A DNA stretch of 64,000 nt from Syntrophales bacterium (GTDB lineage: Bacteria > Desulfobacterota > Syntrophia > Syntrophales > UBA2210). Each line of letters begins with the position of its first letter. Positions within the stretch are counted from its first letter, which is position 1. The notes below the pieces were generated by a model, which worked only from the letters and a program-made list of their open reading frames with translations, was not told where the DNA came from and searched no databases. Location of the stretch: positions 73,111 through 137,110 of the forward strand of contig DAISYQ010000004.1 in the NCBI GenBank assembly GCA_036825195.1, read 5' to 3'. Shown here piece after piece: positions 10,741 through 19,709 of this stretch. A program made the position numbers and the translations under genes.

Positions 10741-10765
10741 GACAGAATCAGGAAAGGAATACAAC

Positions 10766-12367
10766 ATGATCAAGATTACCTGCATGGGGGCGGCAGGAAC
10801 CGTTACCGGTTCAAATTACCTCATCGAAGACCCCCGTGGCAAAAAGATACTGGTGGACTGCGGTCTCTTCCAGGGAGGAAAACAGACCGAGTGGCGCAAT
10901 GCGGCAGACTGGGGATTCGATCCCCGAGAGATAGGCACCCTGCTGCTGACCCACGCCCACATCGACCACAGCGGTAGAATCCCCAAACTGGTCAAAGACG
11001 GTTTTCAGGGACGGATCGTCACCTCCCCACCCACGGTACAGCTGTGCGAGGCGATGCTCCTCGATTCGGGACATGTCCAGGAAATGGATGCGGAATGGCA
11101 GACACGCAAGAACAAACGAAAGAGCAAAAAGGGAATTGAACCGCTCTACACCGTAACGGATGCAGAAAAAAGTCTTCAATTTTTCTCACCCGTTGAACGG
11201 GACCGGATTATCGACATCGAACCGGGAATGAAGGCGCGTTTTCTCAATGCGGGACACATCCTCGGATCTTCAATCATAGAGCTGTGGGTAGAAGACGGAG
11301 GCGGGGAAACAAAGATCGTCTTCTCGGGAGATATCGGCAAGAACAGCCAGTTGATCGTCAAGGATCCTGCCGAAGTTGCACAGGCGGACTATCTCTTTAT
11401 CGAATCGACCTACGGCAACCGGCTGCACCGTTCCTTCACGGACAGTACGGCCGAACTGCTCGATGCGATCAACTATGCCGTTGCAAACAACGAAAAGGTC
11501 ATCATTCCGGCATTTGCGGTAGAGCGGACTCAGGAGATACTCTATATCCTGGGAGAGTTTCAGCGTGATGGCTCCCTACCCGATATTCCGATCTACCTGG
11601 ACAGCCCGCTGGCAATCAAGGCCACCGAGATCTTCAGGAAAAACAAGAAATATTACGATGAAGAGGCGATGGAGATCGTGAATAAGGGGTTTGATCCCTT
11701 CGATATGCCCAACCTGAAATTCACCCTCTCTACCGAAGAGTCCATCGAGATCAACAAACGGGCGGGCTCCGCCATCGTCATAGCGGGAAGCGGCATGTGC
11801 AATGCGGGGCGTATTAAACACCACCTCAAACACAACCTGTGGCGTAAGGGGGCCAGTGTCGTCATTGTTGGTTTCCAGGCCATGGGTACGACTGGGAGGA
11901 GAATCGTAGACGGAGAAAAGCGGATCAGGGTATTCGGGGAAGACGTTGCCGTAGCGGCGAAGGTCTTTACCATCGGCGGATTCTCGGCACACGCGGACCA
12001 GAAGGGACTTCTGGAATGGGCGGGTCACTTCGCCGAAGCACACCCCCGTGTTTTCGCCATACATGGTGAGGCAACCGCCAGCGAGACGCTCGCGGAGAAA
12101 ATCAGGACGGATCTCAATCTGGAAGCCTATGTTCCCAAGCTGCGGGAATCCCTGATTCTTGAGGCCCAGACAATGACCCGAACCATGGCCCCCGAGGTTA
12201 CGCCCGAAGAACCGCAACCGGATATGGCCGCCACCTTCACCGGTATCGAAAAAGAACTTGAGGCATTAAAGAGAAGACTCACCGAAAAAGACGGTCGGAT
12301 TCAGGAAGCCGATATGGATCGATTGCGAAATATCGAGGAAGATCTGCGGACGATTCTGCCCGAATAG
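10766..12367 (+). CDS. MBL-fold metallo-hydrolase, beta-CASP RNA-processing nuclease family
   Basis: 533 aa with the HxHxDH motif (THAHIDHSG). The N-terminus MIKITCMGAAGTVTGSNYLIE and the length fit beta-CASP/RNA-specificity-domain proteins. Confidence 0.85.
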   Translation: MIKITCMGAAGTVTGSNYLIEDPRGKKILVDCGLFQGGKQTEWRNAADWGFDPREIGTLLLTHAHIDHSGRIPKLVKDGFQGRIVTSPPTVQLCEAMLLDSGHVQEMDAEWQTRKNKRKSKKGIEPLYTVTDAEKSLQFFSPVERDRIIDIEPGMKARFLNAGHILGSSIIELWVEDGGGETKIVFSGDIGKNSQLIVKDPAEVAQADYLFIESTYGNRLHRSFTDSTAELLDAINYAVANNEKVIIPAFAVERTQEILYILGEFQRDGSLPDIPIYLDSPLAIKATEIFRKNKKYYDEEAMEIVNKGFDPFDMPNLKFTLSTEESIEINKRAGSAIVIAGSGMCNAGRIKHHLKHNLWRKGASVVIVGFQAMGTTGRRIVDGEKRIRVFGEDVAVAAKVFTIGGFSAHADQKGLLEWAGHFAEAHPRVFAIHGEATASETLAEKIRTDLNLEAYVPKLRESLILEAQTMTRTMAPEVTPEEPQPDMAATFTGIEKELEALKRRLTEKDGRIQEADMDRLRNIEEDLRTILPE

Positions 12368-12471
12368 GGATATGACGGAGAAGTGACTTCTCTGGTACCG
12401 GCGCTGCCCTGAATAGATGAACGGCAGAGACGACCGAAGCCGTTTCTACCGGTATATGAAAATAATCAGAA

Positions 12472-12511
12472 AGCTCCACCCTGCATTCTTGACGGCACGG
12501 TGGAGCTTTTT
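12472..12511 (+). terminator. Rho-independent terminator after the beta-CASP gene
   Basis: The arms AGCTCCACC and GGTGGAGCT form a perfect 9-bp stem, followed by TTTTT. Confidence 0.6.
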
Positions 12512-12660
12512 GCATATCCATTTATTACGAATCACATAACTAATTGCTATACTCTCTCTCATGGTATAGTTTATTTGAATTTGACCAATCCGACGTTTTT
12601 CCGTAGTGTCCACCGGGAAAAGATTTTTTAACAGCCGGAAAACACCGGGAAACAAATCAT

Positions 12661-13833
12661 ATGAGAAAAACAATCTACATGGACAATGCCGCCACGTCAT
12701 GGCCGAAACCCGAGGAAACCCTGAAGGCAATGGCGGAATATTTTCATTCCATCGGGGCCAGTCCGGGACGTTCGGCACATCGCCTGTCCATGGATGCCGG
12801 ACGGATTGTCCTGGACGCCCGCGAGTCCGTCGCGGAACTCTTCGGCATACAGAACCTTCTCCGAGTCGTCTTTACCAAGAATGCGACGGAGGCACTCAAC
12901 ATCGCCATCTCCGGCCTTTTGAAGCCCGGAGATCATGTCATCACATCCGGAATGGAACACAACTCGGTCATGCGCCCCCTGAGAGTGATGGAGAGACGAG
13001 GTGTAGAGCTATCGATCATCTCCTGCTCCCCTTCCGGTGCGTTGGATCCGGGGGATGTGGAACGGGCCATACGGAGCAACACGCGAGCAATCTATCTGAC
13101 CCATGCCTCCAACGTGACGGGCACCATCATGCCCATCGCGGAAATCGGAAGGATTGCCCGTGGAAAAGGGATCAGACTGTGCGTTGATGCGGCGCAGACC
13201 GCGGGCCTCATCTCGATAGATGTGGAGGACATGTTCATCGATATCCTGGCATTTACCGGTCACAAGTCCCTCTTCGGTCCCCAGGGAACGGGGGGTCTGT
13301 ACCTGGGCGACGGACTGGAAAAAGAGATTTCACCCATCATGACCGGCGGAACCGGCAGCAGATCCGAGTCGGAGGAACACCCGGATTTTATTCCCGACAA
13401 ATACGAGCCGGGCACCCCAAATGTCATAGGAATCGCGGGTCTCAATGCCGGCATCGGTTTTATCAATTCCATCGGTATCGAAACCATACGGGAAAAGGAG
13501 GCAAAGCTGACGGCAATGCTCATGGAAGGTCTCGCATCCATTCAGGGGGTTACGCTGTACGGATGCGGCGATGCGAGCAGGCAGACATCGGTGGTGTCAT
13601 TCAATATAGCGGGAATGGCCCCTTCCGAGGTTGCCATGACCCTCGATGATGAATACAATATCATGTCGAGGCCGGGTCTTCAGTGCGCTCCCGCCGCCCA
13701 CAGGACCATCGGAACCTTTTCAGCGGGAACGGTGCGGCTCAGCCTGGGATACTTCCTCGAAGAGGACGATATCCGGATGGCCCTTTCGGCCGTGGAACAC
13801 ATTATACAGAAGAAAAAAGGAGTCTATTCATGA
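12661..13833 (+). CDS. Class V PLP-dependent cysteine desulfurase / selenocysteine lyase-like enzyme
   Basis: 390 aa. Start MRKTIYMDNAATSWPKP, PLP-lysine context FTGHKSLFGPQG, and NifS/CsdA-like length. Confidence 0.85.
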   Translation: MRKTIYMDNAATSWPKPEETLKAMAEYFHSIGASPGRSAHRLSMDAGRIVLDARESVAELFGIQNLLRVVFTKNATEALNIAISGLLKPGDHVITSGMEHNSVMRPLRVMERRGVELSIISCSPSGALDPGDVERAIRSNTRAIYLTHASNVTGTIMPIAEIGRIARGKGIRLCVDAAQTAGLISIDVEDMFIDILAFTGHKSLFGPQGTGGLYLGDGLEKEISPIMTGGTGSRSESEEHPDFIPDKYEPGTPNVIGIAGLNAGIGFINSIGIETIREKEAKLTAMLMEGLASIQGVTLYGCGDASRQTSVVSFNIAGMAPSEVAMTLDDEYNIMSRPGLQCAPAAHRTIGTFSAGTVRLSLGYFLEEDDIRMALSAVEHIIQKKKGVYS

Positions 13834-14411
13834 TATACGAAATCGATGCTAGGGGACTTGCCTGTCCTCAACCCGTCATCATGACAAAAAAAACGATTGA
13901 ATCAGGGAAAGACTGTGTTGTCATCGTCGACAACGAAGCCGCCCGTGACAATGTGTGCCGTATGGCAACAAACCTGGGATGTGAAACAGATGTTGAGGAA
14001 CGGGAAGGGTATTTCCGTATCCGCGTTACCCGGGGAACAGCCCGGAAAGAGAAGAAAAGTGTCGCACCCGCTACGGGTCCGACGGTGGTTGTCTTCCCCT
14101 GTGACCGCATGGGAAAGGGAGATGACGAACTGGGGAACATCCTGATCCGGGGATTCCTCCACACCCTTGGAGAGATTTCCCCGAAGCCCGACGTGATGAT
14201 ATTCTTTAACGCAGGTGTTAAACTGACAACCGAAGGCTCCGACGTCATCGAAGACCTTCGCGCCCTGGAAGGTGAAGGGGTTAAAATCCTGGTCTGCGGA
14301 ACCTGCCTCGATTTCTTCGGACTGAAGGACAGACTGCAAGCCGGTATCATCTCAAATATGTATGACATCGCCGAGACCATGCTGTCCGCCGGGAAAGTTG
14401 TCAGGATATGA
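13830..14411 (+). CDS. yedF: YedF-type selenium metabolism protein (TusA-like N-domain + DsrE-like C-domain)
   Basis: I take the start at the ATG at 13830 (ATGA overlap with the upstream stop) inside ORF 13683..14411. MIYEIDARGLACPQPVIMTKK carries the TusA CPxP motif. 193 aa, and the C-terminal half resembles YedF. Confidence 0.8.
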   Translation: MIYEIDARGLACPQPVIMTKKTIESGKDCVVIVDNEAARDNVCRMATNLGCETDVEEREGYFRIRVTRGTARKEKKSVAPATGPTVVVFPCDRMGKGDDELGNILIRGFLHTLGEISPKPDVMIFFNAGVKLTTEGSDVIEDLRALEGEGVKILVCGTCLDFFGLKDRLQAGIISNMYDIAETMLSAGKVVRI

Positions 14412-14638
14412 CGGACCCAGAGCCCTTTTGCGTCATTCTCTTCGACTCGACGAGCGAAGCGCTCCTCGCGGAAAAACTCTTCAAGAAAGCGGACATCCCC
14501 CACAAGGTAATCCCCGTGCCACGCCATCTCAGCTCCGACTGCGGCGTCTGCATACGGTTCTCTGCCCGCGACACCCAGCGGGTGAAGACAGCCCTCGACG
14601 GCAGGGTTGCCGTTCGCTCCATCTCCCCCCTTGATTGA
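14408..14638 (+). CDS. DUF3343-type putative Se/S carrier protein
   Basis: 76 aa. ATGA overlap with the yedF stop. Has the family-typical FCVILFDSTSEALLAEKLFKK...PVPRHLSSDCGVCIRF. Confidence 0.7.
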   Translation: MTDPEPFCVILFDSTSEALLAEKLFKKADIPHKVIPVPRHLSSDCGVCIRFSARDTQRVKTALDGRVAVRSISPLD

Positions 14639-14645
14639 CCGACAT

Positions 14646-14676
14646 TTGACAAACGGTATGTAATCCTTATTATAAT
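14646..14676 (+). promoter_or_regulatory. Sigma-70-type promoter candidate for the arsR / Sec-hesB / cutA unit
   Basis: Perfect TTGACA (14646-14651) and perfect TATAAT (14671-14676). The spacer is 19 nt, which is suboptimal. A 5-3-5 palindrome ATATC-TGT-GATAT lies downstream at 14696-14708. Confidence 0.4.
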
Positions 14677-14801
14677 CGTACATTGACGATAGGCGATATC
14701 TGTGATATTGAACCCTATCCAATATATGGCAATGGCAGAGTATGGAGAATCTTTTCTGTGTACCATTGCGAAGAAACTTGATAAGAAGGTATTAACTACC
14801 G

Positions 14802-15161
14802 ATGACGACAGATGAATATTCAGAAGGGCCGCGCTTTGTGGACATGGGGATTCTCGAAAAGACGGATCATGAAACATGTAAAAAAATGCTGGCACGGCTC
14901 TCGAAGGGGCTGGCTCATCCGGCGCGGATCGAAATTATCCGTATGCTTTCCGACAAAGCACCGGAGAAGCCCTACATATGCTCCGATATCGTCAAAGCCC
15001 TTCCCCTGGCCCAGGCGAGTGTCTCTCAGCACCTGAAGATACTGAAGGAAACGGGCTGGGTATACGGAGAAAATGACGGACCGCGCATCAAATGCAGTCT
15101 CGTCGGGAACATCATGGAGTTTTACAGAAAACTGACAATACAAGCTGTCCAAAAGCAGTAA
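14802..15161 (+). CDS. ArsR/SmtB family metalloregulatory transcription factor
   Basis: 119 aa with a winged-helix core: LAHPARIEIIRMLSDK...ICSDIVKALPLAQASVSQHLKILKETGWV. Confidence 0.85.
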   Translation: MTTDEYSEGPRFVDMGILEKTDHETCKKMLARLSKGLAHPARIEIIRMLSDKAPEKPYICSDIVKALPLAQASVSQHLKILKETGWVYGENDGPRIKCSLVGNIMEFYRKLTIQAVQKQ

Positions 15162-15184
15162 AAACTATATAAGGAGAAATAACG

Positions 15185-15499
15185 ATGTTTGCAGTATCAG
15201 AAAAGGCACAGGAAATGATCAAAAAGGCCCTGGAATCGAGGGAGGATAAACTTCCCATCCGGCTGGTGTATACCGCTGGATGAGGGGGGCCATCCATAGG
15301 AATGTCTCTGGATGAGGCTAAGGAAGATGATAAGGTCTTTGAGGAAAACGGTATCACCTTTATTATGGACGAACAGTTATTCGAACAGGCGAAACCGATA
15401 AATATAGATTTCATCTCGACGGCAGCAGGCTCAGGGTTTTCCATCACCTCCAGCCTGTCCGGCGGCTCATGCGGTTCATGCGGAGGGAGCTGCAGCTGA
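15185..15499 (+). CDS. HesB/IscA-like selenoprotein (in-frame UGA = Sec at codon 33, nt 15281-15283)
   Basis: The ATG at 15185 has AAGGAG upstream. The frame reads ..PIRLVYTAG-TGA-GGPSIGMSLDEAKEDD.. and continues in frame into track ORF 15302..15499. The TGA sits at the position of the scaffold Cys in IscA/HesB proteins. The C-terminus is GSCGSCGGSCS, and a hairpin lies immediately 3' of the TGA. Confidence 0.75.
15288..15319 (+). promoter_or_regulatory. Candidate bacterial SECIS hairpin
   Basis: GGCCAUCC (15288-15295) pairs with GGAUGAGGCU (15310-15319): 5 bp, a 2-nt bulge, then 3 bp. An inner GGA/UCU pairing leaves a small apical loop (AUGUC) about 20 nt 3' of the UGA. Folded by eye only. 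Confidence 0.4.
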
Positions 15500-15505
15500 T
15501 AAGAA

Positions 15506-15829
15506 ATGTCTGAATCCCACAAATACTGCGTCATACTGACCACATGCGGAGACAAGGAGGATGCCGAAAAGCTGGCATCGTTGTTGATTGAATCGCGACT
15601 GGCGGCATGTGTTCAGATAACGGGCATTACCAGTTTTTACGAATGGAACGGCGCAGTCAACAGAGATACTGAGCAGTTGCTGCTGATAAAGGCGGCAACT
15701 GCTCAGTATGACAAGATCGAAGCATTTATTTCACAGAATCACCAGTACGATGTCCCAGAAATCATACAGATACCGATAACCGACGGCAGCGATGCATACC
15801 TGCAATGGATTGCTGCAGTCACCTCATAA
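15506..15829 (+). CDS. cutA: Divalent-cation tolerance protein CutA
   Basis: 107 aa. ..VILTTCGDKEDAEKLASLLIESRLAACVQI..TSFYEWNG...E..LLIK is the CutA1 signature. Confidence 0.9.
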   Translation: MSESHKYCVILTTCGDKEDAEKLASLLIESRLAACVQITGITSFYEWNGAVNRDTEQLLLIKAATAQYDKIEAFISQNHQYDVPEIIQIPITDGSDAYLQWIAAVTS

Positions 15830-15890
15830 CGTCTTTTATATCCCTTTAAAAATTGTATGTATGCAATCGGATAAACAGCCGAACCGCTTT

Positions 15891-16232
15891 CTATATCGTA
15901 AGCAGGTGTTCGTTGTTTTTTAAAAGCTCGGTTAACGGCATCCCCCAGTATTTGACTTCGACACCCAGGTTTCTCAACGTCTCCGTCACTCCCAGTTGAT
16001 CCGCACAGGCTTTGCACGCGGTTACGTGAACACCCTGTTCCAAAGCTTCTTTGATCTTCGTCTGTATAGTGGCATCTTCACTGACGAGTTGCGTGGTCGC
16101 ACCCCAGATGATGAGGGTAACCTCTTCCCACCAGTGATGGATCAGAGAGTTGATGGTATACATGAAAACCATCTTTTCCGCCGTAACCGGATTGTCGTTA
16201 GTCCACAATACGTAGAGATGTGTTTTGTCCAT
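15891..16232 (-). CDS. DsrE/DsrF-like sulfur-relay family protein
   Basis: 113 aa. The small alpha/beta pattern with ..VHVTACKACADQLG.. is typical of DsrE-related proteins. Confidence 0.55.
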   Translation of the reverse strand: MDKTHLYVLWTNDNPVTAEKMVFMYTINSLIHHWWEEVTLIIWGATTQLVSEDATIQTKIKEALEQGVHVTACKACADQLGVTETLRNLGVEVKYWGMPLTELLKNNEHLLTI

Positions 16233-16347
16233 CTGTTGTCTCCCTTTCTTCTTAAGCTGATTTAGTCATGGCAGACGGGGAGATCGCCCATCAATTGGCA
16301 ATTTCCCCGCTTGCCTGTGTTGTTCCCGATAGACCTTGATCTGTCGT

Positions 16348-17511
16348 CTATTGCAAAAGGACAGCCTGCGCGGCTGCAAGACCCTTCCCATGTTCAAAGG
16401 TGTATCCCGCCTTTGCGAACCCCTTCTCTATCCCTCCCACGGTGGCGAGGATATCCGAAGCGTTCACGACGCCCATGTGTCCCACGCGGAAGTACTTTTC
16501 TCTGATCTCGGCAAGGAGACCTCCCGCAAGGATGACGCCGGCCTCCCCGATCATCGAGAGGACGGTGCCGTCCACCCCCGAGGGGAAATAGGGAGCGGTA
16601 AGGGTGTTGGCCGCCCTGTCCGCGCTCACCGGAATCTGGTTCATGCCCAGGGCGGTCATGGCAGCCTTGAAGGCGCTGCTCATGTGGCGATGACGGGCAA
16701 AGCGGTTGTCCATCCCCTCGGCCAGGATCTGTCCGAGACTGACATTAAGGGCCCACACGAGGTTGACTGCCGGTGTTCCGAAGTAGGCGGCCTTGCGGTT
16801 CTCGTATGATTCCATGATGGGGAGCCAGTTGGTCCAGTCGGAGTAGTAGCTTCCCACGGGTGTGCGTCGGCTTTTGAATGTCTCTATCGCCCTGGGGCTG
16901 GCAACGAGAAGGGCCAGTCCGGGCGGGACGCCGATGGCCTTCTGGCAGGCGGTGAGGGCGATATCCACGCCCCATTCCCCCTGACGCAGTTCTTCGCCGG
17001 CGACGGAACAGACACCGTCCACGATGCACAGGATACCGTATTTCCGGCACAGCCCTGCAAGACCTTTGACGTCGGTAAGGACAGCGGTGGAGGTATCGAC
17101 ATGGGTCACCGTCATCACCTTGTAGTCGGCCTTCTTGATCTCGGCTTCGACCTCTTCCAGAGTGGGTGCGTCCCCGATGGCCGCCTTCACGTGTGTGACC
17201 CGTGCTCCGTAGCGTTCAAGAATTGCGCCGAAGCGGTCGCTGAAATATCCCGTATTCACCACCAGGGCATTGTCTCCCGGTTCGATGACGTTGCATGCGG
17301 CCATATCCATCGCCATCGAGCCGGAGCCGGCAACGATGAAGGGCTGTCCACCGGGTGCAAGGAATACCTCGCGCATCCGTTCGAGCGCCTGCCCCATGCA
17401 ATCAACAAAGGAGGGGGCCACATGACTCGTCGTCGGCATACCCATGGCCCGCATAACCTCGGGAGTAAACTCGATCGGCCCGGGAATCATAAGAAGTTTT
17501 CTCTGTTTCAT
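16348..17511 (-). CDS. Class V aminotransferase (alanine/serine--glyoxylate/pyruvate aminotransferase family)
   Basis: 387 aa with the start MKQRKLLMIPGPIEFTPEVMRAM typical of the AGXT/SPT family. Confidence 0.85.
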   Translation of the reverse strand: MKQRKLLMIPGPIEFTPEVMRAMGMPTTSHVAPSFVDCMGQALERMREVFLAPGGQPFIVAGSGSMAMDMAACNVIEPGDNALVVNTGYFSDRFGAILERYGARVTHVKAAIGDAPTLEEVEAEIKKADYKVMTVTHVDTSTAVLTDVKGLAGLCRKYGILCIVDGVCSVAGEELRQGEWGVDIALTACQKAIGVPPGLALLVASPRAIETFKSRRTPVGSYYSDWTNWLPIMESYENRKAAYFGTPAVNLVWALNVSLGQILAEGMDNRFARHRHMSSAFKAAMTALGMNQIPVSADRAANTLTAPYFPSGVDGTVLSMIGEAGVILAGGLLAEIREKYFRVGHMGVVNASDILATVGGIEKGFAKAGYTFEHGKGLAAAQAVLLQ

Positions 17512-17574
17512 GATTGTAACCTCCGTTTTGAATTCATGACATCCGCTGAAACCGGATGCATTGACATTTTCCTG

Positions 17575-17883
17575 TTAATGAAATTTCTGTTCCGTGGATT
17601 CCACGGCCTTTATCTCCCCAAATCTCGACTCATATTTTTTTAAATTACCCACCAACGCGTTCACTATGCGTTTCATATGACCCGGTGACACAACAACCCG
17701 TGAGACCAGGTGCATTCCCCCCGGTGAATTGAGGAGCCAGTCGATGACAAACTCTTCCGCACTGTGAGTCACGAGCATATTGTTGCTGTATCGTCCCCTC
17801 GACATTTCGTCACTGGCATTAATCTGCACCTGTTTCGGTTTATCGTTCTTTTCAGACATCTCCGTCTCCTTTTGATCGGTCAA
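17575..17883 (-). CDS. DUF3467 domain protein
   Basis: 102 aa. The core RGRYSNNMLVTHSAEEFVIDW matches the DUF3467 pattern. Confidence 0.65.
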   Translation of the reverse strand: MTDQKETEMSEKNDKPKQVQINASDEMSRGRYSNNMLVTHSAEEFVIDWLLNSPGGMHLVSRVVVSPGHMKRIVNALVGNLKKYESRFGEIKAVESTEQKFH

Positions 17884-18143
17884 TTGTTATGGCAGCAGCT
17901 CTTACTCCCAATACCTCAAGAAGGGGACCCGTCTCATACCGCACCATATCTATCCGCATCCGGTGCGTTTGCGGATAGCTCCGTTGATATGCGTTCTCTT
18001 CCTCCGTCCATGCCGGTTCTGAAGCTGCCATGAAAAGATATCACATTTTCTCTACTGAGGGAAGCCCTTAACTATCCAATATTCCGATATATTATTTAAC
18101 ACATTTCAAAGACGGGACTGTCCCGAGGATGGGCTTCCCCTAT

Positions 18144-18171
18144 TTGACAAAACAGAAGGCGTGCTTATTTT
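18144..18171 (+). promoter_or_regulatory. Sigma-70-type promoter candidate for hsp20
   Basis: TTGACA (18144-18149), a 16-nt spacer, then TATTTT (18166-18171). A 6-1-6 palindrome CGGGAC-T-GTCCCG lies at 18113-18125, just upstream. Confidence 0.4.
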
Positions 18172-18205
18172 ATGGTCAAGCAGAAAATATAAGGAGGTGG
18201 ACATC

Positions 18206-18640
18206 ATGAAAGATGTATTAAGTTTGATTCCAAGGACGGCCTCCCTGCAGAACGCCAGGGATTTATTCGACCGGTTTTTTGAGGACGAATTCCTTCCGTT
18301 GCGCGGAGAGAAGAGTTGGGCACCTGCTTTTGACATCTCAGAAAATGAGAAGGGATATATGGTCAGCGCAGAGCTGCCCGGAATAGATGAGAAGGATCTG
18401 GATATCACCATTGCCGGTGGTATGCTGAGCATTAAGGGAGAAAAGAAGAAAGAGACCGAGGAAAAAGGTGAGACCTATCACCGCATTGAAAGGACCTACG
18501 GTTCATTCAACCGGAGTTTCAGGATTCCCGACGCGGTCGAGGCCGACAAGGTTGAGGCAACGTACAAGAACGGCATCCTCAAACTGGTAATCCCCAAGTC
18601 CAAGGAAAGTGCAGTGAAAAAGATTACGGTCAAAAAGTAA
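18206..18640 (+). CDS. Small heat-shock protein (Hsp20/alpha-crystallin family)
   Basis: The start is taken at the ATG at 18206, preceded by AAGGAGG. Alpha-crystallin domain present (..PAFDISENEKGYMVSAELPGIDEKDLDITI..). Confidence 0.9.
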   Translation: MKDVLSLIPRTASLQNARDLFDRFFEDEFLPLRGEKSWAPAFDISENEKGYMVSAELPGIDEKDLDITIAGGMLSIKGEKKKETEEKGETYHRIERTYGSFNRSFRIPDAVEADKVEATYKNGILKLVIPKSKESAVKKITVKK

Positions 18641-18665
18641 GACACTGTAGATAACCGTTGAAAAA

Positions 18666-18702
18666 GCCGTCGGAAGGTGTGATACCTCCGGCGGCTTTTT
18701 TT
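18666..18702 (+). terminator. Rho-independent terminator after hsp20
   Basis: GCCGTCGGAAGG pairs with CCTCCGGCGGC (11 bp with one bulge and one GU pair), followed by T7. Confidence 0.7.
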
Positions 18703-18782
18703 ATGCCCGCCAGTACCGAGTAATTTTCCCTTGCCCTATCATGTTAACTTTATTAAAGGGATTTCGTAAGGAGGGAAACGAC

Positions 18783-19523
18783 ATGAACGTAATATACCAT
18801 GAAGATTTTACAGAGCCGTACTGTTCCGATCCCGCCGCGGCCGATGGAAGGATCGAAGCCATCCTCAGGGTGATGGGAGACAGGGTCGCATACGTTGACG
18901 CGATTCCCGCCGATGAGGAGGATATTCTCGCCTGTCACACAAAAGATCATGTGGAATACGTGAGAAGGCAGGGACTGTACGATATAGCCTCCCTCGCGGC
19001 AGGGGGCGCCATTCAGGCGGCCTTCAGCGGTCTCACCGAACCCTGTTTCGCCCTGATCAGACCTCCGGGGCATCACGCATCCGCGAACAGCGCATGGGGC
19101 TTCTGTTTCTTCAACAACATGGCCATTGCCATATCAAAATTGAAGAGAGAAAACAGGATACAAAGGGCATTCATCCTGGATTTCGATCTCCACTTCGGTG
19201 ACGGAACCGTCAATATACTGGGAAACGCAGCTTACGCAACCATATACAACCCGACTGAGTCGGATGCGAACCAATACCTCAAGCATGTCGAGGAGATGCT
19301 CCCTGACAATGCCGACATTATCGGCATATCGGCCGGCTTCGATAATCACCGGGAAGACTGGGGCGGTGTCCTCTCGACGGATGATTACCGGGAGATGGGG
19401 CGGATGGTTCGGAACGCCTGCCGGAAGAGCGGAGGAGGATGCTTCGCCATACTGGAGGGCGGCTACAACCATCGGGTCTTGGGACAGAACGTCATGGCAC
19501 TGATAGAGGGGCTGGAAGAGTAG
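18783..19523 (+). CDS. Histone deacetylase-family (arginase/deacetylase superfamily) protein
   Basis: The start is taken at the ATG at 18783, preceded by AAGGAGG. Motifs IRPPGHHAS and DFDLHFGDGT are present. Confidence 0.85.
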   Translation: MNVIYHEDFTEPYCSDPAAADGRIEAILRVMGDRVAYVDAIPADEEDILACHTKDHVEYVRRQGLYDIASLAAGGAIQAAFSGLTEPCFALIRPPGHHASANSAWGFCFFNNMAIAISKLKRENRIQRAFILDFDLHFGDGTVNILGNAAYATIYNPTESDANQYLKHVEEMLPDNADIIGISAGFDNHREDWGGVLSTDDYREMGRMVRNACRKSGGGCFAILEGGYNHRVLGQNVMALIEGLEE

Positions 19524-19709
19524 CGGAACCGGAAACGGCCTGTCCGGCTGAGAGACTGTATATTCGATAGATCACTTTTGACAAAACTGCTTGACACAGC
19601 CCAACAATGAGTTTAATCGTATAGCAAAAGTCATATCGAACCTTGAACCGCATTTTGCATATATGTGAACGGTTGTATCCAAGGTGAGGATTATGGTCTG
19701 ACCATCGAA

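Noticed and set aside
9664-10785. Long antisense ORFs in the GC-rich half: 9664..10785, 13868..14722, 22163..23236, 24131..25015, 36438..37214, 7425..8210, 11576..12217, 29620..30165, 32017..32682
   Set aside because: Each lies opposite a gene with unambiguous family motifs (asnS, yedF, plsC, rarA, Cys/Met PLP enzyme and others). Their products are low-complexity, Arg/Pro/Gly-rich, and have no recognisable domains. This is typical of shadow ORFs in GC-rich DNA.
15302-15499. 65-aa ORF treated as a stand-alone gene
   Set aside because: It is the C-terminal two-thirds of the 104-residue HesB-like selenoprotein. It has no RBS of its own and is in frame with the ATG at 15185 through a single TGA.
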